From the NCBI RefSeq assembly GCF_006345805.1, contig NC_043005.1, forward strand, positions 22,630,001 through 22,694,000: DNA of 64,000 bases, written 5' to 3'. A program made the position numbers and the translations under genes. A model generated the notes under the pieces. That model was not told where the DNA came from. It saw nothing but the letters and a program-made list of their open reading frames with translations, and made no database searches. Numbering within the stretch: position 1 is the first letter of the stretch; the number at the start of each line of letters is the position of its first letter. This DNA comes from Octopus sinensis (Eukaryota). Of the stretch, positions 1 through 11,700 are shown piece after piece.

Positions 1-336
1 ATTAATTTATTGACAGAGATGTATTAGCCGTAGATGTTAATTTGGAAACTTTGGAAAGCAAGTGGTAGACTGATTAAAACAGAACATGTTATGTTTACTG
101 CTTATGTAACATTAATGGTTTGTAATTCAGAAAGAATGACACTATGCACAGAATAATATATTATAGCTATGAAATAATTATATACATAAATGTATTCTGA
201 CACAGCTAGCCATTTATTTAAAATGGCAACTTTCATTGTAAATACCAGTTAAGTTTGTTTAATCAGCTGTAAATAATTATTAGAAAACCCAGTAATATAC
301 TAATAATTATCTTTACAATAGATAATGGCTGTTCAC

Positions 337-571
337 TTCTTATTTCTTTATTTCCCACAAGGGGCTAAACATAGAGAGGACAAACAAGGAGAGACAAAGG
401 GATTAAGTCGATTACACCGACCCCAGTGTATGACTAGTACTTAATTTATCGAACCCAGAAGGATGAAAGGCAAAGTCAACCTCAGCAGAATTTGCACTCA
501 GAACATAACAGCAGACGAAATACAGCTAAGCATTTCACCTGGCATGCTAACGTTTATGCTAGCTCATTGCC
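337..571 (-). mobile_element. tRNA-headed SINE, type 1 (central GTCGACTTTGCCTTTCATCC core, Meta/MESC-like)
   Basis: Reverse complement gives an A-box-like head (GCTAGCATAAACGTTAG), a B-box-like GAGTGCAAATTC and the core GGTTGACTTTGCCTTTCATCC, shared with many copies in the window (7701, 10569, 24295, 39332, 42595, 47630). Confidence 0.85.
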
Positions 572-768
572 TTTCGGTTTCTACTTAATAAAGGAGTAAA
601 GAATACATTACAAAACATTATCAATAACTGTAAAAAAGACACAAAAATAGATTACCTATACAGTGGTAACTGATCATGCAAGGGACAATATTCACTAACC
701 CGCACAAGTAGTTATAATAATGATTTTCACTATTGATACAAGTGAAACAATAACAGACCTCCATTACC

Positions 769-1150
769 AGGCATGACTATATGGTAAAAAAGATTGCTTC
801 ATTCTCAAGTAGTTTCAGGTTCAATTCCACAGCACAGAACTTTTGATAAATTTTAGCCTCAAATGCTTTGTGAGAGTAATTTGTTCAATTAGACATCTCA
901 TCAAGCTCACCATGCGTGTATACATGTATCTTTGTGTATTTGTGTTTGTGTGAGTGTTTGTCACAGCACCAGTTATCAGAACCAGAGTTGTATAAGGAAA
1001 AGTGTAACTTAGTGAATGATTCAACAAATTTATATCAATGGTACACCTCAGACTAAAATAAATACCTATGTCCATGATATCGACTAAAATCCTTCAAATT
1101 AGTACCTCAGCCTTGTCACAATCTAATTACTGAAGCCAGTAAAAGAATAA
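769..1150 (+). mobile_element. Diverged tRNA-headed SINE, type 2
   Basis: AGGCATGACTATATGGTAAAAAAGATTGCTT head, GGTTCAATTCCAC B box and a GT-rich middle; colinear with better copies at 11311 and 60400. Confidence 0.6.
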
Positions 1151-1617
1151 AATAATATCCTGTAACTATACCAACTTAAGAGAATGATTTAAAGAGTATA
1201 CACCGATATTAACTTTACTAACTCAGAAGGAATACTTTCTCCTTAGCCAATATTTCTTCCAACAAAATAGTAGGGAAATATCTGAAAAGAATCCAATCAA
1301 AACACAAAGCAACATTTGGAAAACCAACATGTGGGAAATTGTATTTCACATAATGACAAAACACAAAACCATTCAAGTTCAATGATAAGATTGTACAAAC
1401 ATGTTTGGGATGACAAACACTGATCCTAGACAGAATAACCATACTAAAAACCTAGTATGATGTATCAATTCAGCTTTATAACATCTTATTTAGAGGTTTA
1501 CTCCTATGCAAACCAGAAGCAAGAAATTTCTACCACATGTCTGCTCAAAAGGTAGAAAGCAGCATCTGACAACAAAACTAAGCCATACAAAAACAAAACT
1601 GAAGATATTAGTGACAA

Positions 1618-1912
1618 CTAGCAGTATCACCCGGCGTTGCTCGGGTTTGTAAGGGAAATAACTATATAAGCATTTTTAGAGAGTTACTTCCCTTATATAA
1701 TAGCAAAAAAATGCATTAAAAATGGGAAAAAATTATGGTAAATTTTTTTTTAAATTGTAGACTCATCGTAGACGCGCGCTAATACCCAGAAGGGCTCGAT
1801 ATGAATTACGACTATAAGTTACCCACTTTTGGTTAAACTGCACCGCAAAATGTAGGAGTAGTTAGGAATCTAAATCGTAGGAGACAGACACACAACTTCA
1901 CTTTTATATATA
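1618..1912 (-). mobile_element. Non-autonomous Helitron, copy 1 of a tandem pair
   Basis: Minus strand ends in the hairpin CCCGAGCAACGCCGGG, then TGATACTG-CTAG|T; the 5' end is TATATATAAAAGTGAAGTTGTGTG with the terminal TC lost. Confidence 0.85.
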
Positions 1913-1913
1913 A

Positions 1914-2395
1914 CTAGCAGTATCGCCCGGCGTTGCTCGGGTTTGTAAGGGAAATAACTATATAAGCATTTTTAGAGAGTTACTTCCCTTATAGATGCCA
2001 ATTCGGGCTTTCTTAGCCATTTCTGTTTTGGTGTCTTCAAGCCATGAAGTCATTGTTCTAAAAGAACGCTGGTCTCCTTGACAACGCTTTACGACGTTGA
2101 TTTCCTTACACTCAGGGGGAGAAGCAAACAGGTGCAGGTGTGACCATGGACGCCGACTCCGCCGCCATCGACACACGAAAAATTATGCATTAAAATGGAA
2201 TAAAAAATTATGTTAAATTATTTTTAAAATCGTAGACTCATCGTAGACGCGCGCTAATACTCAGACGGGCTTGATATGAATCACGACTATAAGATACCCG
2301 AATTTGGTTAAACTGCACTGCAAAATGTGGGAGTAGTTAGGAATCTAAATCGAAGGGGACAGACACTCACACAACTACAGTTTTATATATATAGA
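1914..2395 (-). mobile_element. Non-autonomous Helitron, copy 2 (long variant)
   Basis: A|TCTATATATATAAAA 5' end at 2395; hairpin plus CTAG|T 3' end at 1914; carries about 180 bp of extra GC-richer sequence (about 1996-2175) absent from copy 1. Confidence 0.9.
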
Positions 2396-2550
2396 TATAA
2401 AGATATTGCTGACTGCAGAGAATTTCTTTGAGATATCATTTCATAAGATATGATGTGGTAGACAGCAACTTTTAGTAAATATAAAAAAAACACAGTCAAA
2501 CATATTGAAACAGATGGCTCAAAAGAACGTCGGTGGAACAGAAAAATAAT

Positions 2551-2741
2551 ATTTACATTATTTACATTATTTTCATTATTTATATTTGACGGATATTTCT
2601 CCTCATTTTGTCCTGATGAAGGCCTGAGGGTATATCAGCTGAAATGTTGTGTTAACCACAAACAAGATGAGGACAAAAATCTGTCAAATGCAAATAATGT
2701 AAATAATGTACATAACTGCTCATCTCTTAAATATAGAACTG
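2551..2741 (+). mobile_element. Hammerhead-containing repeat, head-to-head inverted copy
   Basis: 2551-2611 is the reverse complement of the element 3' end. 2612-2741 reads CCTGATGA-AGGCCTGAGGGTATATCAGCT-GAAATGTT-GTGTTAAC... and matches 9556-9687. Confidence 0.8.
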
Positions 2742-3174
2742 TATTAGATAAATAATATAAACAACCAAATTAAAACACAACTTACCTGGTGTTGTATATG
2801 ATAATAAAATAGAAACATGCTATTGTGGAAATCATTTCCTGACATGTGTTAATGTGCTAAAAATAAAAGACCTGCACACCAAATACACTTTCGGCATTAT
2901 AACTGTTATCATTGGAGCAATGATCTGCTTGGATTAACCTGGGTTCTTGATTAAAGAATATAGCTCCATAATTCATACCCCACAGAAGATATGTCCCCTT
3001 GGTCATGTCAAAAACGATAAAAATCTTCTGGACCTTAAAATTTAAAGCATAAATGATTGTGCAAAAAACAAAACAAACATATTGTATGCATATCTTTCCT
3101 TAACAACCTTGCCACTGAACAGATGGCCAGTCAAATAATCTACCAAACTCCAGTTAGGAAAAGAAAACAACACC

Positions 3175-3345
3175 TTATTAGCCGGTAGAATTACAAGAGA
3201 TTTAGGAAAATACTTTATATTTTCTGGCTCTTGACATTCTGATTTCAAATCCTTCCAATATCAACTTTGCTTTTCATCTTTTCAAGGCTGAAAGAATAAA
3301 GAACCAATCAAGACAATGGAATCAGCTAACCCACTCCTTTCAAAA
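3175..3345 (+). mobile_element. Highly diverged type 1 SINE
   Basis: TTCTGATTTCAAATCC...TCAACTTTGCTTTTCATCTTTTC resembles the type 1 core. Confidence 0.5.
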
Positions 3346-3639
3346 ATTTTTAACCCTCTCCCTAAATCAGAAACCATTATTATCCTTATGTTGTTGTTTT
3401 GTTTTATACAATCTGTTCCTGAGTTTCACCAGAGACCTCAAGTAATAGCAAAGTTGGACATTTTACTGTGGGTTTTAATCATGAAAAGCAATGACATATT
3501 CCAAGAAAGGAGACCAAATATTCGGAATTAAAATTCCATTAAGAGTTTGTGGTAATATTTGTGATTTTACAAGTTTCATGTATTCTCAAAGTATTGACCT
3601 TCGGATATGGGCTGTACCTATCATCATTATCATTTTTTA

Positions 3640-4890
3640 ACATCCATTTCCCATTCTGCCTTGGGAGCAATTTTTTGTAGTTCTGACACTTTGCAATTTC
3701 CTGGTATTTAACCATATTATTTGAGTATACTATCTGGTAACATACCTAAAGCTCCACTTATCACAGATACACTTGTCATTCTTAGATGCCACATTTTTGA
3801 AATCTCTATTTCAAGGTTCTTGTATTTAGCTAACTTTTCAAATTATTTTCACACAGGTGTTGTAGTCTGCTGAGTTTGATGCATCTCTGATTTTGTCAAT
3901 GAGATTTTTCACCACAATATCTGTTCTATTGGCCAGAATAGCTTGATCTGTTTGAATACCAAAATCCCAGAGAATAGTGACAATGTCTACTTTCTATTAT
4001 TTTGGTAAACTTATATTCCCACCAGTTCTTCTCATATGGGAGTCCAAATTGTTGGTAAATAGTCCAGTGCAAATACTGACCAAGTCTATTATGGTGATTA
4101 GTATACTCAATTGTGGCTAACATAGGACAACCAGAGATTAGATGATCAGTTATTTGTCTGTTCATACCCCAAAAGTGGTAGGAAGGATCAGCACTATTTT
4201 CACAAATCTTGGTTTGGTAATTTCTAGTTGACAGATCTTGAGTTGCTATGATGAAGCCCTCTTTTTCTGATTTACATTCAGATGCAGACACACTAATGAG
4301 TAATATTTATATCAATATCAGAATCACTGACCCCTGTAGAGTATTTACCATGTAGTACCTTCATTTTCCATCTATTATGCAACTCCAAAATATCATTTGA
4401 TTTATATATTTCTTTGTGTCTTCTGATTTTGTGTGTATTTTCTTAGTACTTTCATGTTTGCAGATTAGTTAAAGCATTCACTCACTAGTGTCTTTTAGAT
4501 AAAGGTCTAACTCATGGTTGCTGTCTTTGACACAATTGCAGTCCACATCCTCTATCTTTTCATGGGATATATACTTTGTCTTCATCTACCTTTGGGTGAT
4601 GTGTGTAAAGCATTGCAAGAAAATTGCATATATTTGTGATAATCTTATTGATGGACCTTTTTATATTAAAACTGCATATCACAACAGGTATAGCTAGGGT
4701 ATTGGTGGCCTCAGTCCTGTTTCTTGCATAAAATTTGCTTTTTAGGCTAGCTCTAACTGTAAGATTGCATTCTTTCAGTAGTTTCTCATGCATTTATATG
4801 CACTGGATGCCACCCCACTCACAGCACATAAACATTTGTATTTTCTTGAGGATCTAATTCCTTGATTATGATATTTTTTTTGTCTAGCTG
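3640..4890 (-). mobile_element. Decayed R4/Dong-type non-LTR retrotransposon (REL endonuclease end)
   Basis: ORF pieces EGFIIATQDLSTRNY, HLISGCPMLATIEYTNHHNRLGQYLHW and NRTEATNTLAIPVV are typical of the post-RT and CCHC region of REL LINEs. Confidence 0.8.
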
Positions 4891-5194
4891 TTTGTTGTAC
4901 ATTCTTTATGTTTTATCTTAATCCTATTATTCTTTATCCTTTAGAAAATGTGGCTTTAGCGCATTTATCAAGGCCAAATTCCATTTTAATATTGTTACTA
5001 AATTATGGTTATTATTACCATTGTTATTGGCAGAATTGTAAGTATGCCAGAAAAAAATATATATACAAGGTATCGAAGGCCAATCTACAAAATGCTGAAA
5101 CTTATGAAGGAGATGACAAAGGACTGAGATATGTGGCACATTGCTGTACTCTAGAAGACCTACCCACCACAACAGAATTGAGATTCTAAAACCA

Positions 5195-5478
5195 AAGTGC
5201 CACATAAAAGCACTAGTGTGTGTGCTAGTGCCACATAGATAGCACTGGTGTTGGTGCCACATAAAAAGCATGGGTGATGGTATCACATACAAAGCAACCA
5301 GTACACTCTGTAAAGTGGTTGGCATTAGGAAGGGTATCCAACCATAGAAACCAAGCTAAAACAGACTATGGAACCTGGTGTGACCTCTAGCCTTGCCAGT
5401 TCCTGTCAAGCAGTCCAACCTATGCCTGTGTGAAAAACACAGATTAAATGTTGATGATGATGATAATGATGATGAAGT
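5195..5478 (+). mobile_element. RTE-type 3' end with (GAT)n tail
   Basis: GTGGTTGGCATTAGGAAGGG...CCAACCTATGCC...TTAAATGTTGATGATGATG; the same terminus closes the RT-bearing copy at 25850-28178. Confidence 0.75.
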
Positions 5479-6379
5479 TGATACACACACGCATGCATGA
5501 ACACACACACATATGTACGTACATACATACATACATACATACATACAACAAAAATATGAATGGATAAAATCATATCTTTAATTTGGGGCTCCACCATACG
5601 ATGCCAACAATCATTTCTGGTGCATCATCATATTTAGATACAGAAAATATCAGTCAAACTAATATATACAAAATACATATTAATACGTTATCAAGGCAAT
5701 CCAAAATTGGTTAAATTGAAAGCAAACTAAAAAAATATCTTTAGTAGACAAAGGCATACAAAAAGAACATTTTCCACAATTGTATCACTTTGTACTCTTT
5801 TAACACTGAGGGCTTTACTGATATCTGCCTGGATGTTTTAATCCCTTTTTCTTCTTATATATATTCATGCATACATATGTACACACACACACACAAGCAT
5901 TCACACATAAGCAATATCTATTTTATGCACAACACATAACTGAAATGATTTTGAATATTAGAAAGCCTTACAATGGACAGTAATAAGAGTGTAAATACAT
6001 TCTTTGTATTAATCTGATGAATAGAAATGTTTATTGGCAGCTCTCAGAAAAAAATATATCTGACTTCCTTAGGTACAGAAAATTATATCAGTCAAATACC
6101 AAAATATTAACCACTTTCTGAATCTTGATTCAAAATTCATACATTAAATTCACATGTATAATGAATTGGAAATTATTTTACTTTTTGTATTCAATAATTT
6201 ATTATCTGTAGTTTTAGTCCGGGTGTGTAGTTTTTACGTTGCCCATCTGAATTGATCTAGTGTTAATGATTATGACTTTATGACCTAATTTCAAATTTAG
6301 ATTGTTCATTCTTGATTTCTTTCATCAATTAAGGATTAGTTAATGTTTGTTCTTAAGTTACACTATCTTTGAAAATTCA

Positions 6380-6490
6380 TTTCATCATTGTCATCATCAT
6401 CATCATCATTTAATATCTGTGTTCCATGTTGGCATGGGTTGGATGATTCAACAGGCTCCAAGAAGCCAGGGGACAACATGTGTTTTGGTT
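6380..6490 (-). mobile_element. Short RTE-type 3' end fragment
   Basis: (CAT)n followed by TTTAATATCTGTGTTCCATGTTGGCATGGGTTGG, the reverse complement of the RTE terminus. Confidence 0.65.
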
Positions 6491-6739
6491 TCTTATATAG
6501 TTTCAGTAATCAGTTTTCTAGTTTTATCTGGAAATGGGGGTGGATTGATTCTATATGAAACGGTTGTATTTGCCAATTAACATATTTTTATTTAGTTTTT
6601 CTGTTTCTTTGAAGCACAATATGTTACAGATACACATTTAAAAGATCAATATGAAATATAATGTCATGAAATTAAAATTTGTTTGTATACAAATTTGAAG
6701 TTTATTCTTCAGCTGATAGAATTATTCAGTTGTTAAGGA

Positions 6740-6770
<31 letters not shown>

Positions 6771-7039
6771 GATATATTATTAGTGTTAGTTTATGAATGG
6801 ATTTAATGTATGAGATGTTCAACTTTGTAATGAAACTAAGCATCAACTGAATCAAATTCATTTGTTTGGGAAGGCTTACAAAAGTGATAGATCTCTCTCA
6901 TTCTCAAATTAATTATAAACTAGTTAACTTGTCTATAGATCCTTAACCAAATTTCCAAGAAATTATGTCATGAAGAATACATTGGATAATGTTAGATATA
7001 TTATGTCTGGGAAAAAGACGAGAGAATGTGACGAGAGTG

Positions 7040-7480
7040 CTTTTAACTAGATTCTGTTATTCTTTTTTTTAATACACACTGTCGGAGCTGCCCATTTTGC
7101 ATATTCCACTTTTTGGATAACTCCAATTTTCTCTAATCTGTCTAATTCTTCATTGATATGTTTTATTACAGCAAAAGGTTCCATTCTTTTAGGTTTGAAC
7201 ACTGGTACTGTGTTTTCCTTAATTTGGAAATATGCCTCAATCTTAGAACACAAACCTAATTTATCTAACAACACTTCAGGAAAAGCATTTTAAAATGTTT
7301 TCTTCAATTCATCTGATACCTTATTCTTACTGGAGGAACAATCATTTATGTAATTACAGATCAGATTTATAGGGAAGTCCCATAAATCAAGCAACTCCAT
7401 TCAGTCAGTACCAAACAAGTTTGTTGCATTTTTTAACACAAACACTTTTGCATTATAGGTTTTTTGCCTAAGAAGTGTAA
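7040..7480 (-). pseudogene. Ty3/Gypsy pol fragment (protease-to-RT junction)
   Basis: ORF 7047-7274: VPVFKPKR..PFA...INEELDRLEKIGVIQKVEYAKWAAPTVCIKKKNNRI, the typical pre-RT motif of Gypsy pol. Confidence 0.85.
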
Positions 7481-7647
7481 TCTTTCACCTGTGATGCCTC
7501 GCAAACTTTTCAATATTTATTATAATGTAAATTACCCAATTTTCTGAGTTTGGCTAGTCCATTCTCACAGAGGGGTCATGATTCTTGCCATAACATCATA
7601 CCCAGAAAAATAAAACTAAAATTTTTCATAATAATAATAAAAATTAA

Positions 7648-7700
<53 letters not shown>

Positions 7701-7702
<2 letters not shown>

Positions 7703-7912
7703 GTTTCAAATTTTGCCACAAGGGCAGCAATCTTGTAGGAGGGGATATGTCAATTACATCAATTCCAGTGTTTCACTGGTACTTAATTTATTGACCCCGA
7801 AAGGATGAAAGGCAAAGTCGACCTAGGTGGAATTTGAACACAGAACATAGTGACAGGCGAAATACCACTAAGCATTTTGTCCAGCATGCTAATGATTCTG
7901 CCAGCTCTGTCC
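7701..7912 (-). mobile_element. Type 1 SINE embedded in an (AAT)n array
   Basis: Full head (GAGCTGGCAGAATCATTAG) and core; (AAT)n on both sides (7630-7700 and 7914-7953). Confidence 0.9.
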
Positions 7913-7953
7913 TTAATAATAATGACAATAATAATAATAATAATAATAATAAT

Positions 7954-8572
7954 CTCTAGCTGCCCAGTCTTGGCTAAGAAGGAATATATTCACAGACATG
8001 ACAGAGTTGGAACCTACACACATTGGAAGCTATGCCAACATTATGGAATAACAACAGAAAAAAGATGGTATAGGCACACACCAGAAAAGGTCACAGAAAA
8101 CGAGAAAGCAACCATACTCTGGGATATGCCGATACACACAGATAGAGAAATTAAGGCCAACAGACCAGATATAGTTGTCAGAGATCATGAAGAAAAAAAT
8201 GCTTTCTAATTGATGTATCAATACCGGCTGATGACAACGTGTCTCTAAAAGAAATGGAGAAACTCTCAAAATACAAAGACCTGGAAATAGAGGTAACTAG
8301 AATGTGGAATCTGAAAACAGAAACAATTCCTATCATAGTAGGTGCATTAGGCATGATAAAAAGATATTCAGACAAATACATAACAAAAACACCAGGACTT
8401 ACAAACACATATAACATACAGAAAATTGCACTACTAGGCACTGCACACATCCTACGCAGAACACTTTCCATACAATAACCATCAGAGCATCACAACAAAT
8501 CACAGCACATACCCAAGGCACACAGAGCTGTGCTCGGTAGTGAAGTGAAAGCACGCTATAAAAATAAAACTA

Positions 8573-8575
<3 letters not shown>
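7954..8575 (+). mobile_element. 5'-truncated R4/Dong-type LINE with (AAT)n on both sides
   Basis: CPVLAKKEYIHRHDRVG...ILWDMPIHTDREIKANRPDIVV...IDVS...EKLSKYKDLEIE...PIIVGALG (PD-(D/E)xK REL endonuclease); tail (AAT)n at 8576-8665. Confidence 0.95.
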
Positions 8576-8607
<32 letters not shown>

Positions 8608-8622
8608 TAATAATAATAATAA

Positions 8623-8659
<37 letters not shown>

Positions 8660-8667
8660 TATAATTA

Positions 8668-8790
8668 TTTCTACTATAAGTACAATGCCTGAAATTTGTA
8701 GGAAGGTGCTAACCAACTACAGGTGAAATGTTGCTGAGTATTTCATTTGTCTTTATGTTAGCATAACTGCTAATGATTCTGCCAGTTTAC
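8668..8790 (-). mobile_element. Internally deleted type 1 SINE
   Basis: TAATGATTCTGCCAG head and AATGCCTGAAATTTG 3' end match the other type 1 copies. Confidence 0.6.
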
Positions 8791-8797
8791 ACTGTAT

Positions 8798-9262
8798 TGT
8801 TGCTGTTGTTGTTGCTGTTGCTGTAGCTGTTGCTGTTGCTGTAGCTGTTGTTGTTGCTGTTGCTGTAGCTGTTGCTGTTGAGTGAAGCCATCTTCGTCCC
8901 AGAGCTCGCAAGATTGCACCTCTGTAGTGGGAGAAGTCCGAAATGTGGTCCTCTGCTATTCGTAAGACCCGCACAAGAGAAAGCAGGTCAACCCCCCCGA
9001 CACCGAGAGCATCGACGGATGGATGAATGCGCATCCAGGCTCAGCGGTTGCGTAGGAAGTCGGGGACAAGAAACAGGAAGAAAGAGTGAGAGAAAGTTGG
9101 GGCGAAAGAGTACAACAGCAGTCGCCACCACCTCCTGCTGGAGCCTCATGGAGCTTTAGGTGTTTTCTCTCAATAAACACACACAACGCCCGGTCTGGGA
9201 ATCGAAGCCATGATCCTCCTACCGCGAGTCCGCTGCCCTAACCATTGGGCCATTGCACCTCC
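8798..9262 (-). mobile_element. tRNA-headed SINE, type 3, with (CAACAG/CAA)-repeat tail
   Basis: Head GGAGGTGCAATGGCCCAATGGTTAGGGCAGCGGACTCGCGG...TTCGATTCCCAGACCGGGCG; the same head occurs at 38970 and 39848. Confidence 0.9.
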
Positions 9263-9369
9263 ACGCTGTTGTTGTTGTTGGTAGTGGTTTCTGATTTTGG
9301 CACAAAACCTTAAGTTTGGGGAAGAGGGTTAGTTGATATCATTGACCTAAGTAATTGATTGGTGTGCAT

Positions 9370-9440
9370 GGGCATATGGCACAGTGATTAAGAGCATGGG
9401 CTACTAACCCCAAGATTCCAAGTTCAATTCCAGGCAGTAA

Positions 9441-9500
<60 letters not shown>

Positions 9501-9687
9501 CAACAATATCAAAAAGTACATTAGGAATGAGAACCCAGGTTCGAAAGTTCCCCAAGACACTTAATGAAGGCTGGAGGATATATCAGTTGAAACATGTTAA
9601 CAACAAACAAGATGAGGACAAATATCCGTCAAATGTAAACATTGTAAATACTATATATAATTCCTCATCTCTTAAATATAGAACAGT
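9370..9687 (+). mobile_element. tRNA-headed SINE-like element with internal (AAT)n and a degenerate minimal hammerhead ribozyme
   Basis: A box TGGCACAGTGAT (9377), B box GTTCAATTCC (9422), (AAT)n 9445-9505, then GACAC-TTAATGA-AGGCTG..CAGTT-GAAAC (9556-9600). The 3' part matches 2612-2741 and 26558-26644. Confidence 0.7.
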
Positions 9688-10012
9688 AGTATAATATGCT
9701 TTACAGTTTATGGTTAGGTGTACTGAATCAATGAGAATGAATGAAAGGGCAAGAAAAATTCTTTGCACCTGGTTGTCTCATGCTATATTGACTCATCTAC
9801 TGAAATGAATTTTTTAAATGGAGTGTAGCCAACATCTGGCAATAACTGTTAATTCGTCTATAATACATGCTTTCCTTTATATATTTAGTTAAATTTTTGC
9901 ATGAATATGAAAACTTTGCAAATGAGAGGTGCTAATTGTCTTACCAATGATAATTAATGTTATATGTGAAATTAACTTGCTATAATCTCTGATTTAAAAG
10001 TACTACCATTAA

Positions 10013-10193
10013 CCCTTCAGGGTCATATCAGACCCAAATATTCTACCTGTTTTATATTCAAACTGATCAGACCAGGCTTCTCACACCTACCCTGCAATGT
10101 CATTCTAAAAGCTACAAGATGATGTATGATAAACTCAAAACAGCATGAATAAATAAGGATTACATTTGACAAAGTAACCTGAATGCTAAAGGG
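10013..10193. mobile_element. piggyBac-type MITE
   Basis: TTAA|CCCTT ... AAGGG|TTAA termini with a TTAA target duplication. Confidence 0.75.
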
Positions 10194-10568
10194 TTAAACT
10201 TCTTATGTAGCTCACTATTGCCAGTATTCTTTCCAAACCACTTAGGCAAATCAAATTTGTAAAAGAAAAATATCTCCTAGCCAAGGAATTTAGGGATAAA
10301 AACCAAAAGAATCTGTGGACATAAATGAATGATAACTACTTACATTGCAAGTTCTAGAAGCATGTCATATGTTGGTAGAACTGTGAGACTTACAAATATA
10401 CCAAGTAATGCAAGGCATATGATATTTAACCACAAAAGACTGAAAAGAAAGAAAGAATAAGACACATTAGAAATAATATGAATTAATTGTCGACAGTTTA
10501 ATGTAAATTGATATTAGATATTATATGGCCTTGTGCCAAAATTTGAAACCGATATTAGATATTATAAA

Positions 10569-10773
10569 AGGTGGCAGAAATGTTAGCATGTTGGGCGAAA
10601 TGCTTAGCAGTATTTCGTCTGTCTTTACATTCTGAGTTGAAATTCCACTGAGGTTGACTTTGCCTTTCATCCTTTCAGGGTCAATAAATTAAATACCAGT
10701 GGCATACTGGATTCAATCTAATCGACTGGCCCCCTCCCCCAAAATTTTGGGCCTTGTGCCTAGAGCAGAAAAG
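10569..10773 (+). mobile_element. Type 1 SINE with an 18-bp flanking direct repeat
   Basis: Head, B box and core are present; GATATTAGATATTATAAA occurs at 10551-10568 and 10774-10791. Confidence 0.9.
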
Positions 10774-11310
10774 GATATTAGATATTATAAACAATAAATT
10801 GAAACAAAAAAAGAAGAAAAGATCTACTAAAGCACCTGTCACTTTCTATGTGACTAATCTGCATTGCAATCGATTCTACAATCACCTAATAATTGACAGG
10901 TATGTGGTTCAAATCCCATCTGTGAGCTTGTTCTTTTTTATATATTTTCTTTTTTACTTATAGTTTGGTCTAGATAAAGGAGTAGCATCAATAACCTTTG
11001 CAGGACCACTGACATCAGTGTAATTGTAATTGATGCAATTAACATCTTAAATTAATACTACTAGGTGCAGCAGAAAGACTGCCCAATTTTCAAGGTTAAT
11101 AAAATACAAACACATGAAGATGCATGAAAAAACATTGGCCATCACCACTTAAGTGATACAATTTTCAAAACCACTTGAATCACAATGGCATTTAGTGTAC
11201 TTCATAGAAACACGAAGCTTTTTCTTGTACCTTCATGTGTTTGTTTTTTATTATCCTTTAACATCAGGGTAACCTTTCTGCTGCACCCTGTATTAAAAAT
11301 GTCGTCTTAT

Positions 11311-11700
11311 AGGTGCAGGCATGACTATGAGATTAAAAGCTTGCTTATCAACCACATGGTTCCAGATTCAGTGACACTGTGTGGCATCTTGGGCAAGCAT
11401 CTTCCACCATAGCATCAGGTCCACCAAAGCATTGTTAGTGGATTTGGTAGAGAGAAACTGAAAGAAGCTCATCATGTCTGTCTGTGTATCTGTGTTTCTC
11501 CCCTACCACCACTTGACAACCAGTGTTTATGTGTTTACATTCACATAATTTAGCAGATCAGCAAAAGCGATTGATAGAGTGAGCACCATGCTTAATAAAA
11601 AGAGTACTGGGGTCAATACATTCGACTAAACGCCTTCTAGGTGATTCCCCAACATGGCAGCAGTCTAATTAATGACTGAAACAAATAGAAGATAAAAGAA
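11311..11700 (+). mobile_element. Type 2 tRNA-headed SINE (CORE-like CTTGGGCAAG motif)
   Basis: AGGTGCAGGCATGACT head, GGTTCCAGATTCAG, CATCTTGGGCAAG and the 3' AATGACTGAAACAA end shared with 53686, 59708 and 60400. Confidence 0.8.

Noticed and set aside
2786-3035. Minus-strand exon ending at CCAG|GTAAGT (about 2786)
   Set aside because: The donor is good, but no recognisable peptide or phase-linked partner exon was found; left unannotated.
9370-9445. tRNA gene (also the heads at 9262, 10569, 39848, 60400)
   Set aside because: A and B boxes are present but there is no complete cloverleaf or acceptor stem; these are SINE heads.
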